A DNA stretch of 59,525 bases, counting the filler, from Basidiobolus meristosporus CBS 931.73 (lineage: Eukaryota > Fungi > Basidiobolomycota): NCBI GenBank assembly GCA_002104905.1. It is 3 parts of 3 records of this genome, joined end to end, with 100 filler letters (N's around TTAATTAATTAA, not from the genome) between each part and the next. Parts side by side here need not be neighbours in the genome. Positions count along the whole stretch, not along the records: positions 1 to 18,635 come from MCFE01001053.1; 2 more parts are not named here. One strand, written 5' to 3'. The position numbers and the translations under genes are program-made. Position 1 is the first letter of the stretch; each line of letters starts with the position of its first letter. The notes under the pieces were generated by a model. The model was not told where the DNA came from, did no database searches, and saw only the letters and a program-made list of their open reading frames with translations. Below are positions 1 to 13,482 of the stretch, piece by piece.

Positions 1-405
1 AGGACCATGTCAAGTACAAATACTACTAATATTCTCCAATAAATCACCTGGCGAAACAATATAACCAATTGCAAATTTTGCAACTTCACCTTAAATATTC
101 ACTCAAGTTAGATACTTAGATCATAATCTAAAAATCTTAGAGAACTCTGACCAAATTCCTTGTTGTGTGCAGTAAATAATGAAATTTCTGCCCACACTTC
201 ACCAGGTTTCATTGAAAGAAAATCTATTTAACCAGATACATCAGAATACTCTAAGAACCGGATTTCCTATAATGATAAAAGCATAAATCAAAGGTACTAT
301 TCTAAGCTTCTCCTTCCCACATATATCCAAGAGTAGTTGACCTCCTCAAGCTGAACATAGTTAGTTAATAATATGATTTTCAAAGTTTACACACCTCGGA
401 CATTG

Positions 406-477
406 GCCTGCTTAGCGCAGTGGTAGCGCGTCAGTCTCGTAAACTGAAGGTCGCCAGTTCAATCCTGGCAGTAGGCA
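406..477 (+). tRNA. tRNA with CGT anticodon (Thr by anticodon; body resembles elongator tRNA-Met)
   Basis: Complete cloverleaf: acceptor GCCTGCT/AGTAGGC, D stem GCGC/GCGC, anticodon stem TCAGT/ACTGA with loop CTCGTAA, T arm GCCAG-TTCAATC-CTGGC, discriminator A; T-run just downstream. Confidence 0.9.
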
Positions 478-674
478 TCAATTTTACAATATAGGATGAG
501 TATTTTAGCAGTCAATCCGTAAGCAGTATCAATCATTCGAGCACCTGAGAATAAAATTATGAGAGGTAGTCCATCCACCAACATAATCCACCGCCCACAT
601 TCGATATATATATTAGGAACTCGTGTGTGGCGTAAATCCTTATAAATCCCTTTGTATGAGGGGTGGGTCAAGCC

Positions 675-1649
675 ATGTTTGCCATCACGAAGGCCTTTAA
701 AAATTTGGGTCATCGCGCACCCAGCTCCACGGCCCTAAAGCTTCACGCCTGGATCTATTACGGTGCTCCAGGACAGGACGCGCCCGCTACTTACAAGAGA
801 CACAAGATTGATGTCCTACGGGTGCAGTATTTCAACTTATTGACCACAGGTCAGTTAGAACGGATTGACGAAGACCCAGACGAGCTCTTCGATACGCAAA
901 ACGGCTTCTCCGAAGAGAACGTCCGGGAGCTGAAACAGTATTCTACCGAGCAACTTGTAACTGTGGCTGGTCATGTGGCTGGGCTCCGGGCTCTGACCAG
1001 CGACGAGGCGATTCTCTCTACCGCCGTCAACATACTGGTGGACTTCGTGACTGAGCACCAGTTAACCGGCGTCGACATTGACTTTGAGAGCTACGGAAAG
1101 TGGACTGGCGAAGATTACGCCGGTTACAAAGCCTTCCTTTCTACCCTTGGCGCTAGACTACATTCCCTCGGCAAAAAGCTTGCCATCTGCGCACCGGTGT
1201 GGACTACCGACCACTGTCCTCTACAGTGGAGATATGAAGATTTCGTGCCCTTGCCCGTCGATTATATAACCCCTATGATCTACGACTACCAATGGGACCA
1301 CGGTGGTGGTCAGCCCATTTGCCCGCTGGCTTGGCTGAAACGGTGGACAATTACTATCAGCAAGATCATTCCCAACGACCGGTTGGTGATCGGTATACCT
1401 TCCTACAGTTATTGTGCTGTGGAGGATGAGTACGAGTTCAAGAACTTGACCCTCGACCAAGTCAAGGACCGTGGTGGATATGCGGGCGGTCGACGAGACC
1501 CTGTCTCCGCTGAGATAGTGAAGAAGGTGGACGGACTTGTTTATGTCATCAACGACCAACACTCTTTGAATGTCAAACGAACAGTGCTCGAAAATCTTGG
1601 TGTCAAGCAACTGGCGGTTTGGCATCTTGGTGGTAATGACTGGTTTTAG
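675..1649 (+). CDS. Glycoside hydrolase family 18 (chitinase-like TIM barrel), intronless, no signal peptide
   Basis: 324-aa ORF from ATG 675; catalytic DxDxE (LTGVDIDFES), VDYITPMIYDY motif, C-terminal LAVWHLG motif typical of GH18. Confidence 0.85.
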   Translation: MFAITKAFKNLGHRAPSSTALKLHAWIYYGAPGQDAPATYKRHKIDVLRVQYFNLLTTGQLERIDEDPDELFDTQNGFSEENVRELKQYSTEQLVTVAGHVAGLRALTSDEAILSTAVNILVDFVTEHQLTGVDIDFESYGKWTGEDYAGYKAFLSTLGARLHSLGKKLAICAPVWTTDHCPLQWRYEDFVPLPVDYITPMIYDYQWDHGGGQPICPLAWLKRWTITISKIIPNDRLVIGIPSYSYCAVEDEYEFKNLTLDQVKDRGGYAGGRRDPVSAEIVKKVDGLVYVINDQHSLNVKRTVLENLGVKQLAVWHLGGNDWF

Positions 1650-4600
1650 TGATTCGGCGTATCACGTGAGGAGCACAGAGGATGCCACAATAAAGGGCTT
1701 GGATCGATTGATAGAAATACTAGGCAGATGATGTCAATAAAGGAGAAAATTCTCCCTCGATTTTGTGGCCTAATCCCATAACTTTGGAGAAAAGGAAATC
1801 GATGGCAATATATATATATTTCTGATGAACATCATAATGACTATGAAATAACAACCTACGTAAAGTAAGTGCCATTCCTGTGTGCACGCTGCAAGCCCAT
1901 GCTTGAAAAGTCGTAGTATGAGTCACTTTGTCGACATTTTTTTGCCATGATTCACAATGTCCCACGGTAAGTATTGATACATTTCTTTTGCAGTTTAGTG
2001 TAGTTGCTTATCGAATACAACTGTATGCTTCATACCTAACCCTTCGTCGCCTGGTCATTGCACTGCCCGCTTTCATGAATCACAAGGTAGCACCACGTTT
2101 CTCTATTTTCTCCCATTTTTAATGGAATCCACCGACTGTTTCCAATAAATATGGATAGCAACATTGACTAGTGCTTTATTAACACTAACTTTGTTTGATT
2201 ACTTAACTGGATTGCCCATTGGTGCTTAATACGTGCAAAAAGCTGGTATAATGGTCCATGAGTTAATGATATGTACAGAAAGATACATAGAAATATGCAT
2301 CCACATAGTTGATACACTTGGCATCTTTGTATTAATGTAGCAGACCATAGATTATTTAGCTAGCCTCACTAAATATTGCATTATCGGATACTACAAACAG
2401 GAATATTTAGTAACTACTCTTTGGCACTGATGAGAAGTACAAATGTTAAGTAACATCCAGTTAAAAAGCCAGTGGCAAGGATCAACGGGATATTGAACCA
2501 TATCAGTGACATGCAGTAATGCTGAGTATAACACAACAATCGAGTTACTAATGGTGCTATCATGCAGAGCATCAATCTCGGATATTTGCGATCAAAAGTG
2601 TGACACTGTCATGGATATTACAATGGAGTTTAACTATTCTCTCTAATATCATACATTTTTGGTGAAGGTCAGAATTATTCAGGACTGAGGCTTGATATTT
2701 TAGTATGTAAGCGAATATCTAATACTCACGCCCACAATTATGATACTGATACAAGTGTGTACCTGTAATGTGTAAAACACATGCACCGGAATGTTGGCCT
2801 CAGTGTAAATCTAGGGTTCTATCACAGCTGCCCATATTTCTCTTCAGCGCAAATAATGCCATCATTTACCACAATAAGAGACGTTATTCCTGTGTGTACA
2901 TAGCAGCAAATGCTTGACTATAACCGGTCATATGTTACTCATTTTATTTTGTAAATTTACTTTTACCAGACTTAATGTCTGTTTCCACTGAAATATCTAA
3001 CCTTGAAGTGGCAATGAGCACCCTAAGTACCCTCCTCTACTGCCAGCTGAGTAACAGTAATTTGTGGCTACCAGAGGGTTTGATCAATAACTTGCGCTTG
3101 GTCAAACCGGTTTGAGTTGGACAAGGCATGGGATGGTTGAGAATTGGAAATATCAAATCCTGGCTGCTTACCCAAAGTCTTGCTTGTTTGCATTGGCTCA
3201 CTCAATCATCCCCATCCTCAATTGATGGCTAGTATTCTTGGCTGGGGGCTAAAGTGTCCTGATAATAAGCACCAAGTTGTCTGACACATGACTCATTAGT
3301 GTAGCCTAACTAGGAGTCACCAAGTACAGTAGCCAAAATGGCTTGCAACAAAGCAATGATGCAAACTAGTAAGAGGAAGGAGAGCTGCATGACCAGCTAG
3401 TGGAGTCTCATGCATATTTTCCCATTTAAATTGCCTTCTTGATTCTACTCAATTAGCGTTATGCAGGCTAGATTGATTTATCCTGGGTGCCTCTCCATTT
3501 GCCACTTTGCCTCCTAGTACCATGGTTATATAGTGTAGGTTTCACTTCAAAGTGTGAAGGATGACAGCACTCTGGTCAATGATGCCTTCAATATCATTCA
3601 AAATTTTCTCATATTTTGCAAAAAGAGTACATGAACTCGAATATTGCCAACTATACCCATGTGTTTGTTGTCAAATAACTGTGGAAAATGCTCATCTCTA
3701 ATTGCAGACATTATGCAATGTAATCTTTCATGCAAAGTGGGCTGAATAATAAGTGTGCAGAGTGCATTAGTAACCTTGAATTCAAAACATCTTTCAACAT
3801 CAGTGCAGTTGAATAGCTATTTGTAGCTTAGGCACTTAGAGCTAAGACATAAGGTGCAAATACTCTATCTGATGGCTAAGACAGAATGGAATATGCCTCT
3901 CATGTGCAATGATATATAAGCACCACTACGTGTGTCCACTATCATGTCTGATATGCAGATTTCTATAACTTGAGATGGTGATCTGTAATATAATCCAAAG
4001 GCATCCCATATATATAGTAATCCTTACAGAAAGCTAACCATCAGGAAGAGTGCTGCTCTTGACTGGAATATAACTCTTGTAGCCATCAGGGCAATGCACC
4101 CCTTCACAATCAATGACTGTGCAGTGACACCTCTCTCTCTTCTGGCAATAGTACCTACTAAATCAATTAATGAGTTGTCAGCGCTTGAATTGGACTAGTA
4201 CTTGTCAAGCTTGGTACATAAGTACTTCAATCTCTAGTAAAGCATTGAATCAATCATTGGATTGGCATAGTATGATACAGTTGAGAGCTTACTACACAGC
4301 CTAAGCTTTCCATTTTCACAAGCTTAACTTTGTTAAGGGTATCAGGGAGAAAGATGGGCAGAATTTTTTTATGCTGAAGCTGAAAATGGTTGCAGGGATA
4401 CATGCTCCAGAGATACTACTGCCTGCCTTTCAAGATGCCAGAGAGGCCAAACCAGTAGCTTGGCTTGTATAAGCAATGGTAACTCTTGCAAAGATAGTTA
4501 TCCTTAGATCTTCAAGACTCAGTAGTGATTAGAAACCATTAGCTCAATGGATTTCAAAATAAATCAAAACTCCATGTGGGCACTTTCCCTACTATGGATC

Positions 4601-4999
4601 TCTCACCAATTGCTCTTGATTTCAACATGACTGGGCTAAAGCATGACCACTAAGACACATGTATAAGTCCTGTTGCCTGGTGGAGCACTCATATCCCCAG
4701 CTCTGTCAATCCACTATGACAACCTGTATCCATACTTCTATATACATTACTAATGGCTGTTTTCTCCATCAAAGCTTGCACCTTCCCTGCATGGGGTACG
4801 CTTGGATGGCTGCAGCGCACATCTATTGCCATAATGAAACCAATATCAATGTGTTCTGGCAGTGGTTAGGGCTTGGGTGCACAAAAATTCCCTGTAAAAA
4901 TAAAGTGCCAGAATCATAGATTTTCTTGCAGAGTGTATGTAGCAACAATATGACTGCTGCACCAACTAGGGTAGCATTTCTGTTATTCATACAGGAATC

Positions 5000-7150
5000 T
5001 TGTTGATCAATGTAGTCCCAATGTTGAATAGCATAGTCTGATAATTACCAAAATTCAATCTTGCAGTAGAATGACAACAAACAAGGATTGTCAGATGTGA
5101 TAATCTCACTTTTGAGCATCTAACCACCTTACCTACCAAGAAGAACTTTATGCACAACATCAAGTTATTGCAATTGACAAGGTCTTGATGGGTTACAACA
5201 GCACACTTGATGAAGTTGGATAGAGTGCTATTAAAGTTAGCCTCAAGGTACCAAAGGAAGCTACGCACTTACCTTCAAAGAAAAACTCTATGTACCAAAA
5301 ATAGCAAGAGTCCATTGTTTCTGGGCTTTGCCATGGCAGTAGCACTCAGTTTCAGTTTGAAACTTCTGGATGCAGGATCACTGATCAAAATGGAACCATA
5401 TTGCAATGGGTTTCAAAGATGAATAGATATACAAGATGACCTATATTCTAACACATATGGAAGCTACTATTGATCTCTCAAATGAGAAAACACTAATGCT
5501 TTGGCACAGGTGACTGGACATATCTAATCTACTTATTTGAGGAGAATGACTAAAGCTCATCTAATTCCTAGAGATAAGATTCCATAATAATGAAGTGTAT
5601 ACCTCTGAGTTTTCATCCACTTTTACAAACTCAGTGGATTAAGCAAGAGACCACTACACCATACCCCCACAGCAAAATGAAGTGTTAGAATGTCCAAACA
5701 TATTAATTATTAATAAGAAAAGATCAATAATGCACAATCAGTCATTATCTTATAACTGCAAAAAATCTCAAATTTGAAATCCATGTTACTTTTAGCTGAT
5801 AATCTGCTAATATTCAGATGTAATTTAGCTAGCATATGGCTGGTGAGTTTCCTTCAATCTTTCAGTTACAATGTTTGGTATAAGTGGGAAGCAGCTATTT
5901 AACAAATTTGGCAGGAATGCTAGTTGGCTTGGTCTCTTCTGGCAATATATGTCTGCTTGCTGGCCAAATGGCTAATTCCTCAGATACTTAGTATTGTGGG
6001 TTTTGAGAAACTTGAAACTTGGATGATAATAGTATGATATTGAGCCAGCCACTCCTGGTCTTATTAAATATTGCATGATTTTTGGAGCAAATCAGTTGCT
6101 ATTACTCCAAGTCTTGAAAGCAGAAGGTAAGTTCTGATACTCTATGCCTCTGCACCATTTGAGGCAGGGTATGAGTAAATATCATTTACACAGCACCTGA
6201 GAATATATAAGTGTGCAGCATATACCAAAACACTGCCCAAAAATCAATCAAAATTTAAGACAAAAAGCCTCAAGCATACATGTTTAGGCTACTGCTATGC
6301 AAGTGAGACATACAGATTCTACATTGCCAGCATAGAGAAAAAGAGGAAGTCCAGGGATGCTTTAAGTGATGAGTGCCTCAATTTCTGGATAAGATACCTC
6401 TGGATAATGACAAAATTCTGACCTCAAGTCCACTAGATGTTGAGCTCTGCTCACCATGGAGAAGCCTGGTTTCTGGGCTCAGACATATTCAGTGCCCAAG
6501 AGCATCTTGTATGTGATCACTCCAGTATTGTAAGGTAGATAAATCAATCAGATCATAAATGGCCCAAAATCCTATATCAATGAAGGTGTAGGTCTTGATT
6601 AATCTGTCCCTATTGCAGAGCTCCAGACAATACCAGAGCATTTAAATAGTTCTCAGATTGAACTTTAAAGATCTGTACTGACTGAGCATATTGGGCTTTA
6701 ATGTAAAATCACCTCTAGGACTTGATCAAAATACCCATCAATTTAAAGTCAACTGGATATAGTTGGATCTTCAATACATATCACAAGGCAGGTGGTTGAT
6801 TTCATTGATGGAAAGCCAGACTTGTAGCCAAGGAATACTCCCACATATAATGGACTGGACTATACTGAAACCTTTGTACTGGTAGATAAGACTAATCCCA
6901 TCATTTAAATTGGCTATTGCAGCCAAATATAAGCCTATTACTCATCAAATGGATATATAGTTGCATCATTGAGTGCAAAGCTTGGTAGGGACTCATATAT
7001 GAACCATTCAAATGGGCTTGCTGAAGAAGATAAGCTTTACTTGATCTATAAGCTTTGAGCATGTTGATACAGTCCCAATTATACCAACAGCCTAAAATTG
7101 AGCAGTAATGCTTATTTTGATTTCCTGGGTTTCTAAAGGAGTGCTGTTAA
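5000..7150 (+). mobile_element. Degenerate Ty1/copia pol relic
   Basis: Interrupted motifs in copia order: GAG-pre-integrase LWHR*LGH (~5500), integrase TTPY.PQQN (~5650-5690), RT KARLVAK and GLDYTETF (~6810-6870); many stops and frameshifts. Boundaries approximate. Confidence 0.7.
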
Positions 7151-9990
7151 CTGTTGTGTCTTCTACAGGCCAGAGAGAGGAGACCCAGATCAACCATCTT
7201 CAGATGTTTGTGATCTCATTATAGCCACCAATGACCAAAAAACAGAAAGTTACAAGATCCTGTTGCTCTGTAAAGTTCAAAAGTCCAGTCTAGGAGGGCT
7301 AGGTTACTACTAAAAAGTAGAGTTTCCATAGACAGAGGACCTGGACCATCAGCTTAAGCCAATCCAAATACATATATGATACACTTACAAAGTGTAAAAT
7401 CTAAGACTGTAAGCCAACTGCTACCCAAGTTAACACTATGAAAAATAATTGTATAGATCCCTTCAAAAGGCCATCACAGAACCTAAGCTCCATAATCATG
7501 AGATATTGATGCGGTGATGACAGTGTGCCAAAAGCGGTTAAAAGATGCACCCCAGATTTCACAAAAAACTTAATCAATCTTTGCATTATAGCACTAACAA
7601 GATGACTTTTGATTGGTTGCTGCTAATTTGCTCACTTTTTGATCCTGGAAACAAAGACACCTCCTATATTTGGGCACATTGCTTGGCTATTGCCTCTTTT
7701 CACACTACTTACTTCCTAACTCAAACAATGCTCTTACTTTTATGCATTTATATTGGCTTATTTCCATTCAATATGCAATTGTACCTCAATTACTAATTGT
7801 ACTAACCTATACAAGTCTCCATACCAAACACAAATATCAAGCCCAACCTCACACTCAATAAGCAGCTTTATTAATATCCACCATTCAATATGAATTCTGT
7901 TGCAACACCTTTTTTCCATGACTTTGGTGGGAGCCCTATAGCTTTATGCCATTGTTCATTCACCAGTTCTCATACAGCCTGGTCCTCAGCTGGCACTGTT
8001 AGATCTAGCATCTCAACTGCCAGTCTTTGCAATATTCAAGTGCATATTCTTGAGCACTGCTCTTGAGAAGTGCTGCACCCTTTGCTGTGCCTGTTGTTGA
8101 CCCAGAATCTCACTGTTGGCACTGCAATAGTTCTCTGAGTTCTTGACTCTGTTGCTTTGTCTGTAAGTGGAATCTCTACTCTGTCTGCCAGAGAGGACAT
8201 AGAGGCTGTGGTAGACATATTGCATTTCTCTGCAAATTCATCTACCGCACTGGAGTGTGGCTCAACTGGCTACACATTCAATTCTTGAGAAAGCAGGTGT
8301 TATCCTCTTGAGGCTTTATTCCATTGCTATTTTCTGGTTAGCATTGCTCCTGGTATCTAAGCAGTACTCTGATGTCAAGCCTCTCATCAGCCTGACTTAG
8401 CAATATTCAATTACATTTTTTAAATACAACTCTTGATGCAGTACACCAACCTCTTATAGTGTATATTTCAGCTCCTAAGTACCATTGTGTAGGTGAGTAG
8501 GCAGATACAGAGAATAGTCAAGCTAACAGTACTGGCATTACCCAACCAAATTGGGAATATTACTTTGAGCTGTGTGTTGGGCATGATTAGCTAGCCAATG
8601 GTGGATGGCCAGAAAGTACTGAAAACTACTGATCATAGATGTGCACATGATAGTACTTATGCTGTTGGCATCAAGAAGCTAGGCAGCCCTAATGTGTAGG
8701 TGATCAGATAGTAAGGCCAGGTAGGGCTAGATGCAACAAGCACTAACATTTATTAGGACAACTCTGCCAACATAGGTCAGATATTTCCTGGGTACAAGCC
8801 AACATCTACACTTTTTGGCATGAAACTCACATGAAACAAAACAGGATACCCCCTATAGGTGGGACTAGAATCCTGCCAGGAGAATCAATATATTGGCTAG
8901 GTGATGCAAAGTTCTATCTGGTATTTCAGGACATTTTTTAGTCAAAGCAGCAGCAAGCAGATATATGCTTGCAAGATGCCCAAAGATGAAATATTGACAA
9001 AAGGCCATCAGAATAACAACACATTACCGGCTAAATTCAAAGTTACTCAAAACTAACAACTCTTAAAATCTCAGGTACTATTTGATGGACATAATCAGAT
9101 TGGTTGAAACTATGTGTGGACTACCAGTTGTAGCAGTGGTTATGCTAATGAAGAGGTGAGTCTTCATAGTTGAAAATCTGGGTGGCATTGGCAAGATAGA
9201 AAAATCAAATGCCATTTGGTAAATTAGAGCAGCAATAATATAAAGGGCTAGCAGTAGGCTGCTACAGTTCTGTAGGGTTGAGATATATGATATGGGATGG
9301 AAATTCACCTTTTTATGCTAGCACCAAGTACAGCAATATCAGATGTAAAATCATATGGGTAGCTATAGAAAAAACTCAGCCAAGCTTACTATCCTGCTGA
9401 TAGCATAATAGCAGAGAAACTTACCAAATCACTTACTAGTGACAAGTTTTGCAATCTTAAACCAAAATTACAACTGGTCAGTATTGACACTTAATGGAGT
9501 GCAAGTACTCTGAGCATTGTATTGCCCCCATTTACTTACCAAACTTAGCCACAAAGATCATTGACCTTCAGTCAAAGTAAAGCTGGCCTAAATTTGCTAT
9601 TAGTCTATTTATTTGGTACACTTTACTAAAGTATCCAGTACCCAGAGCATGGGTTTTTCAAGGGTGGCCAAGCAGTAGCATACCTTGAACACATGCTCTT
9701 GGGACCTTTGAAATATACCTTTCATGCTTTTTTGTTGAGATCATCTGAAGAAAAATATTACTTTTACATTCAATATATCATCAAGTGAAAGCAGCACTGT
9801 CTACTTGGCTCCCAATTACCAAAATATCTCCATACACTTTTGGTAAAGTAGCTGGTCCTATAAGACACTTTCAGCCATAATGCTGTGGCATATTTTGATT
9901 GTATAGAAGTTATATTGCATTTATGAATAAGTTTGACAAGATATACAACTAGATCTTCAAAGTCACTACTTTGAAAGATTGACTGTTTCA

Positions 9991-10694
9991 GGCTCATAAC
10001 TATTGTAAAAGTTTTAGAGATAGCATAAGTGATTGGGAAACAAGCAGATTATGTGGTTAACATTGTGATTTGTTGAACAAAAAGTATATTTGTACTTGAC
10101 ATAGTTTTGGTAAAATATACACAAAGAATATCTTAAGGAAGGTCCCAAGAACATGCGCGCCTATTCTTTGCTCTTTGGACAGCTTTGCAAAACTCCATGA
10201 TCTAGGAACCTGATGTTTGGCCAAATGTCCCAAGAAAATCATGACAATGAATCTGGTCAGAGCTCTCCAGATTTGTAGGTAATAATCCAAGTTACAAAAT
10301 TGGGTGTATATTGTTGTAAGAGTTTAGGAGATATTGGAAATGATTGGGAGGACAAGTAGATTATGTGGTTTTCACTTAATGATTTAATGAATGTAAAAGT
10401 AGTATTTATACTTTTACCTGGTCTTGGCATTACAAACATGTGGAATAGGTTAAGGAAGGTCCCAAGAACATGCATGCAAAGTTTAGGGCTGTTTGGACAA
10501 CTATGAGAATTTTCATGTTCTGTGTACCTGGTATTTTGGTGAAAATATTCCAAGTAAATCCCAACAAGGAATTTTGGTTGGTATTCTCTAGGATCTGAAG
10601 GTGATGATCTAAGTGACTAAGTTAGGTGAATATTTAGGTTGAAATACAAATTTTTACAACATATATTTGGATGCAATCACAAATCTCTACAGTA
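9991..10694 (-). mobile_element. Old copia 5' LTR with primer-binding site, interrupted by a younger solo LTR
   Basis: 10001-10694 minus the nested insert is ~340 bp similar to the LTR family; on the minus strand it is followed by GTTATGAGCC (10000-9991), a copia-type PBS. Confidence 0.65.
10312..10661 (-). mobile_element. Solo LTR (350 bp) with 5-bp TSD TATAT
   Basis: TGTTGTAA...TTACAACA inverted ends; TATAT at 10307-10311 and 10662-10666; high similarity to LTRs at 15558 and 17918. Confidence 0.9.
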
Positions 10695-11720
10695 TTCCTA
10701 AACATGTTTGACATATCTAACTAGTCATGACCATGTAAAGTTTTATTACCATATTCATATTTAATAATATATCAAGCAAGCAATCTTTTGTTTGCTGACA
10801 CTTCCAATGACCCTCAATACTACCACAGCACTTGCAACTTTCTGTACTCACCTGCAGAAGCTCCTTCACTCAATGTATGTGCTGATGCAAACATAATAAG
10901 CTGCTAGCAGATCTACTAGAACCCACCACTTAGGGGTAAATGTGCTTTATTATTGAGCATCCATTACTTTAGTGAGCACCAAACAGCTTTATGCCCTTCC
11001 AAAATTACAAGTTACTTCTTTTTTGGTTCTGCTGTGAGCAGTCAAGTCCTAGCACCTTGCTAATTAATCTTTGCAACAGCTACAGGCAATAATATTGGGC
11101 ATTATCTATGATAGTGCTCTCAGACAAGAGTAGCAATATCCCATAGTACAAGCCCATATTCCAGAACCAGAGTGTAGGCACTTTGATGAGTGTTTCCCTG
11201 CTGCAAATATCTGTTTTGTTTACTAGTGTGATATCCAGCCTATCTACAACAGAGGGGCCAAAGGCTGTGTTAAAGAAGTACCATCATTTAAAAGCTCCTC
11301 AAGCCACTGAAGAATTGCTTGACTATCTCTTAGTTGATCTAGTGGCCAAATAGAAGTCTTTTACTGGCCTGTCTTTCCTGCAATTGTGAAGTTTAGGCTG
11401 GTCTGTATTAGCAATATCAGTTGCTACACACTGCAGCTTTGTCCTACAATTATGTGCTTCTGTCTTGGGTAGACTTTGTTTCCATTTACTCAACTTCACT
11501 ACTGTGAGGCCTATCACTGCTGCTGATACTCAGTGCCAAGGGCTGGATATGTCTAATACACATCATCCTACAGAGTACTGTTGCAACACTAATAAGTTAC
11601 AGATGTCCTCTGATGATGGAAAAAAGCCAGGAGAGACTTTACTCATTTTGCAGGCCAATCCCTTAACACTTGTGGAGATGAAAATAATCACAATACCAAT
11701 AGCTCCCTGCATCTCATATC

Positions 11721-12069
11721 TGTTGTAATTATTCAGTTGTCACCAAAATATTCATGCTAACTAAGTCACAGAGATCTTACTCTTTGATTAACATTCTGTC
11801 CTGACCATTTTTCTTGTCAGGATTTAATTAGAACATTTTCACCAAATTATCAGGTACCCAGATTATGAGCTTTCTCAAAATTGTCCCAAAGCCCCCAAAC
11901 TTTGCACACATATTCTTAGGACCTTCCTTAACAAGCTCTACACATTTGTTTGCTCTACTTTATCAAAAGTATAAATACCATACTTTTAAACAATAAATCT
12001 ACAAGTGAATAACATGTAAATCCTCTAGTTCTCCACATCACTTCCAATACTCCTCAGAATATTGCAACA
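11721..12069 (+). mobile_element. Solo LTR, related subfamily
   Basis: Starts TGTTGTAA, ends TTGCAACA, 349 bp; flanks ATATC/ATGTC (4/5 match); close to the copy at 34779. Confidence 0.8.
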
Positions 12070-13482
12070 ATGTCAATACTGAAAGTACACTCAAACTTCA
12101 AACCCTTGCTTGTAAAGTCACAGTATGAGTTGTTTTACTTGCCTCATGTTCAGTACTCCTTGTGGAGTTTTGACAGAATGTTCTTAGCTAAAAACTGTAT
12201 TTGACAATTGAACATCCAATCTACCTATCAAAATCACCCCTTAGCTGTGCAGCCCAATGCACTCTATTTACAAGTTGAGTTAGTTAGTACTGTTAATAGA
12301 CAGCACCAGTGGAGCTTGTATGTACCATTTGACAAGTCTGTCTGGCTGTTGTGTTGTTTCCTTCATGCATGCAAATGCGGAATTCTCCTAGCATTATTGC
12401 TCTGTACAGTAGTTCATGGTGTCCATTGGTGTGGAGTACAAGTTTATCACCATATTCTTTTGTGGACTAGTGGGCTATATTACAATGTACTTCCGATTCA
12501 TTCCTAAAAGCTCTGCCGCGGATCAATGGTTGGCAAAACTATGGAAGTAAGGTTGCTGAGCAATGAATTCAGAATTTTTTCGTACATTGATTTTTCGTAC
12601 TCAGGGTTGCATGATAAGCTATCATTCCCATTTTAGGACTATTGATTACCATGTTGCGTACAATTACCGGCACGCTGAGTGGATTGAACAGCTTGTTCAG
12701 GGCAATCTTATACACGAGGTGGACTGCCGCATGTGCACCCATAGCAGTGGAGATTCTAAACAACACATCAATGCATGTTTTCTTCTCATTCCTAAGTCTC
12801 TGTTCCCATTACGGTTGCTCACAAACAGCTTATGAGACATTATGCTTGGGGAGATTGTGTGGCTGGTATAAACGAGAACTTGCTGGTATGTTTCGAGCAT
12901 CCATGTACCTGAGACAACTTCGGCGATGTAAGGGTCCAGGAGGACAAATGTTGAGAATTCATGTACTTTTCGTGGTCTCTCTGCAACCCCCGGCCAAATA
13001 GTTTGAAGTCAGGAATTGACTCCATAACGGATAGGTTAGAAATCACAAGTAATTGGGACTATACCAAAGGCTGCTTACATCAGGTTAGTTGGCAGGCTAT
13101 TAGTGCACGGCTGTTTGTGCGTGCATCCGCAGTTATATCGCATAATATGCTTTGGCCAAAGCTTAGAATATTCATCCTGATAAGACAAATTTAGTTAATC
13201 TACTGTACGTGTGGTGGCAGGCGTACGCTTAGCCAAATCTGGTTGTATCATCAATAACAACACCTGGATCCAGTGATTTGGAAATTTCGTTGGGCGCCTT
13301 CTTTTGTTGTGATTTCCCATTTCCAAGGCATTGCCTCAATATTAGACTATACCAGCTGCTGCTTTGGCACTTCCGTCAACACTGATCAGCCTTTCAGCTG
13401 CGGACGTTGACTTTAAATTCCTGCACCATCCGTTGGTGAAGGTTATTTATTATATCATTGCTCATTTGGACCGACTGATCCA

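Noticed and set aside
2700-12400. Classical RIP
   Set aside because: The losses I can trace between LTR copies are at CpG, not CpA; a formal index calculation is still needed.
12563-13194. Overlapping short ORFs upstream of ADH
   Set aside because: CpG-normal and possibly a gene relic, but no recognisable motif or consistent spliced model.
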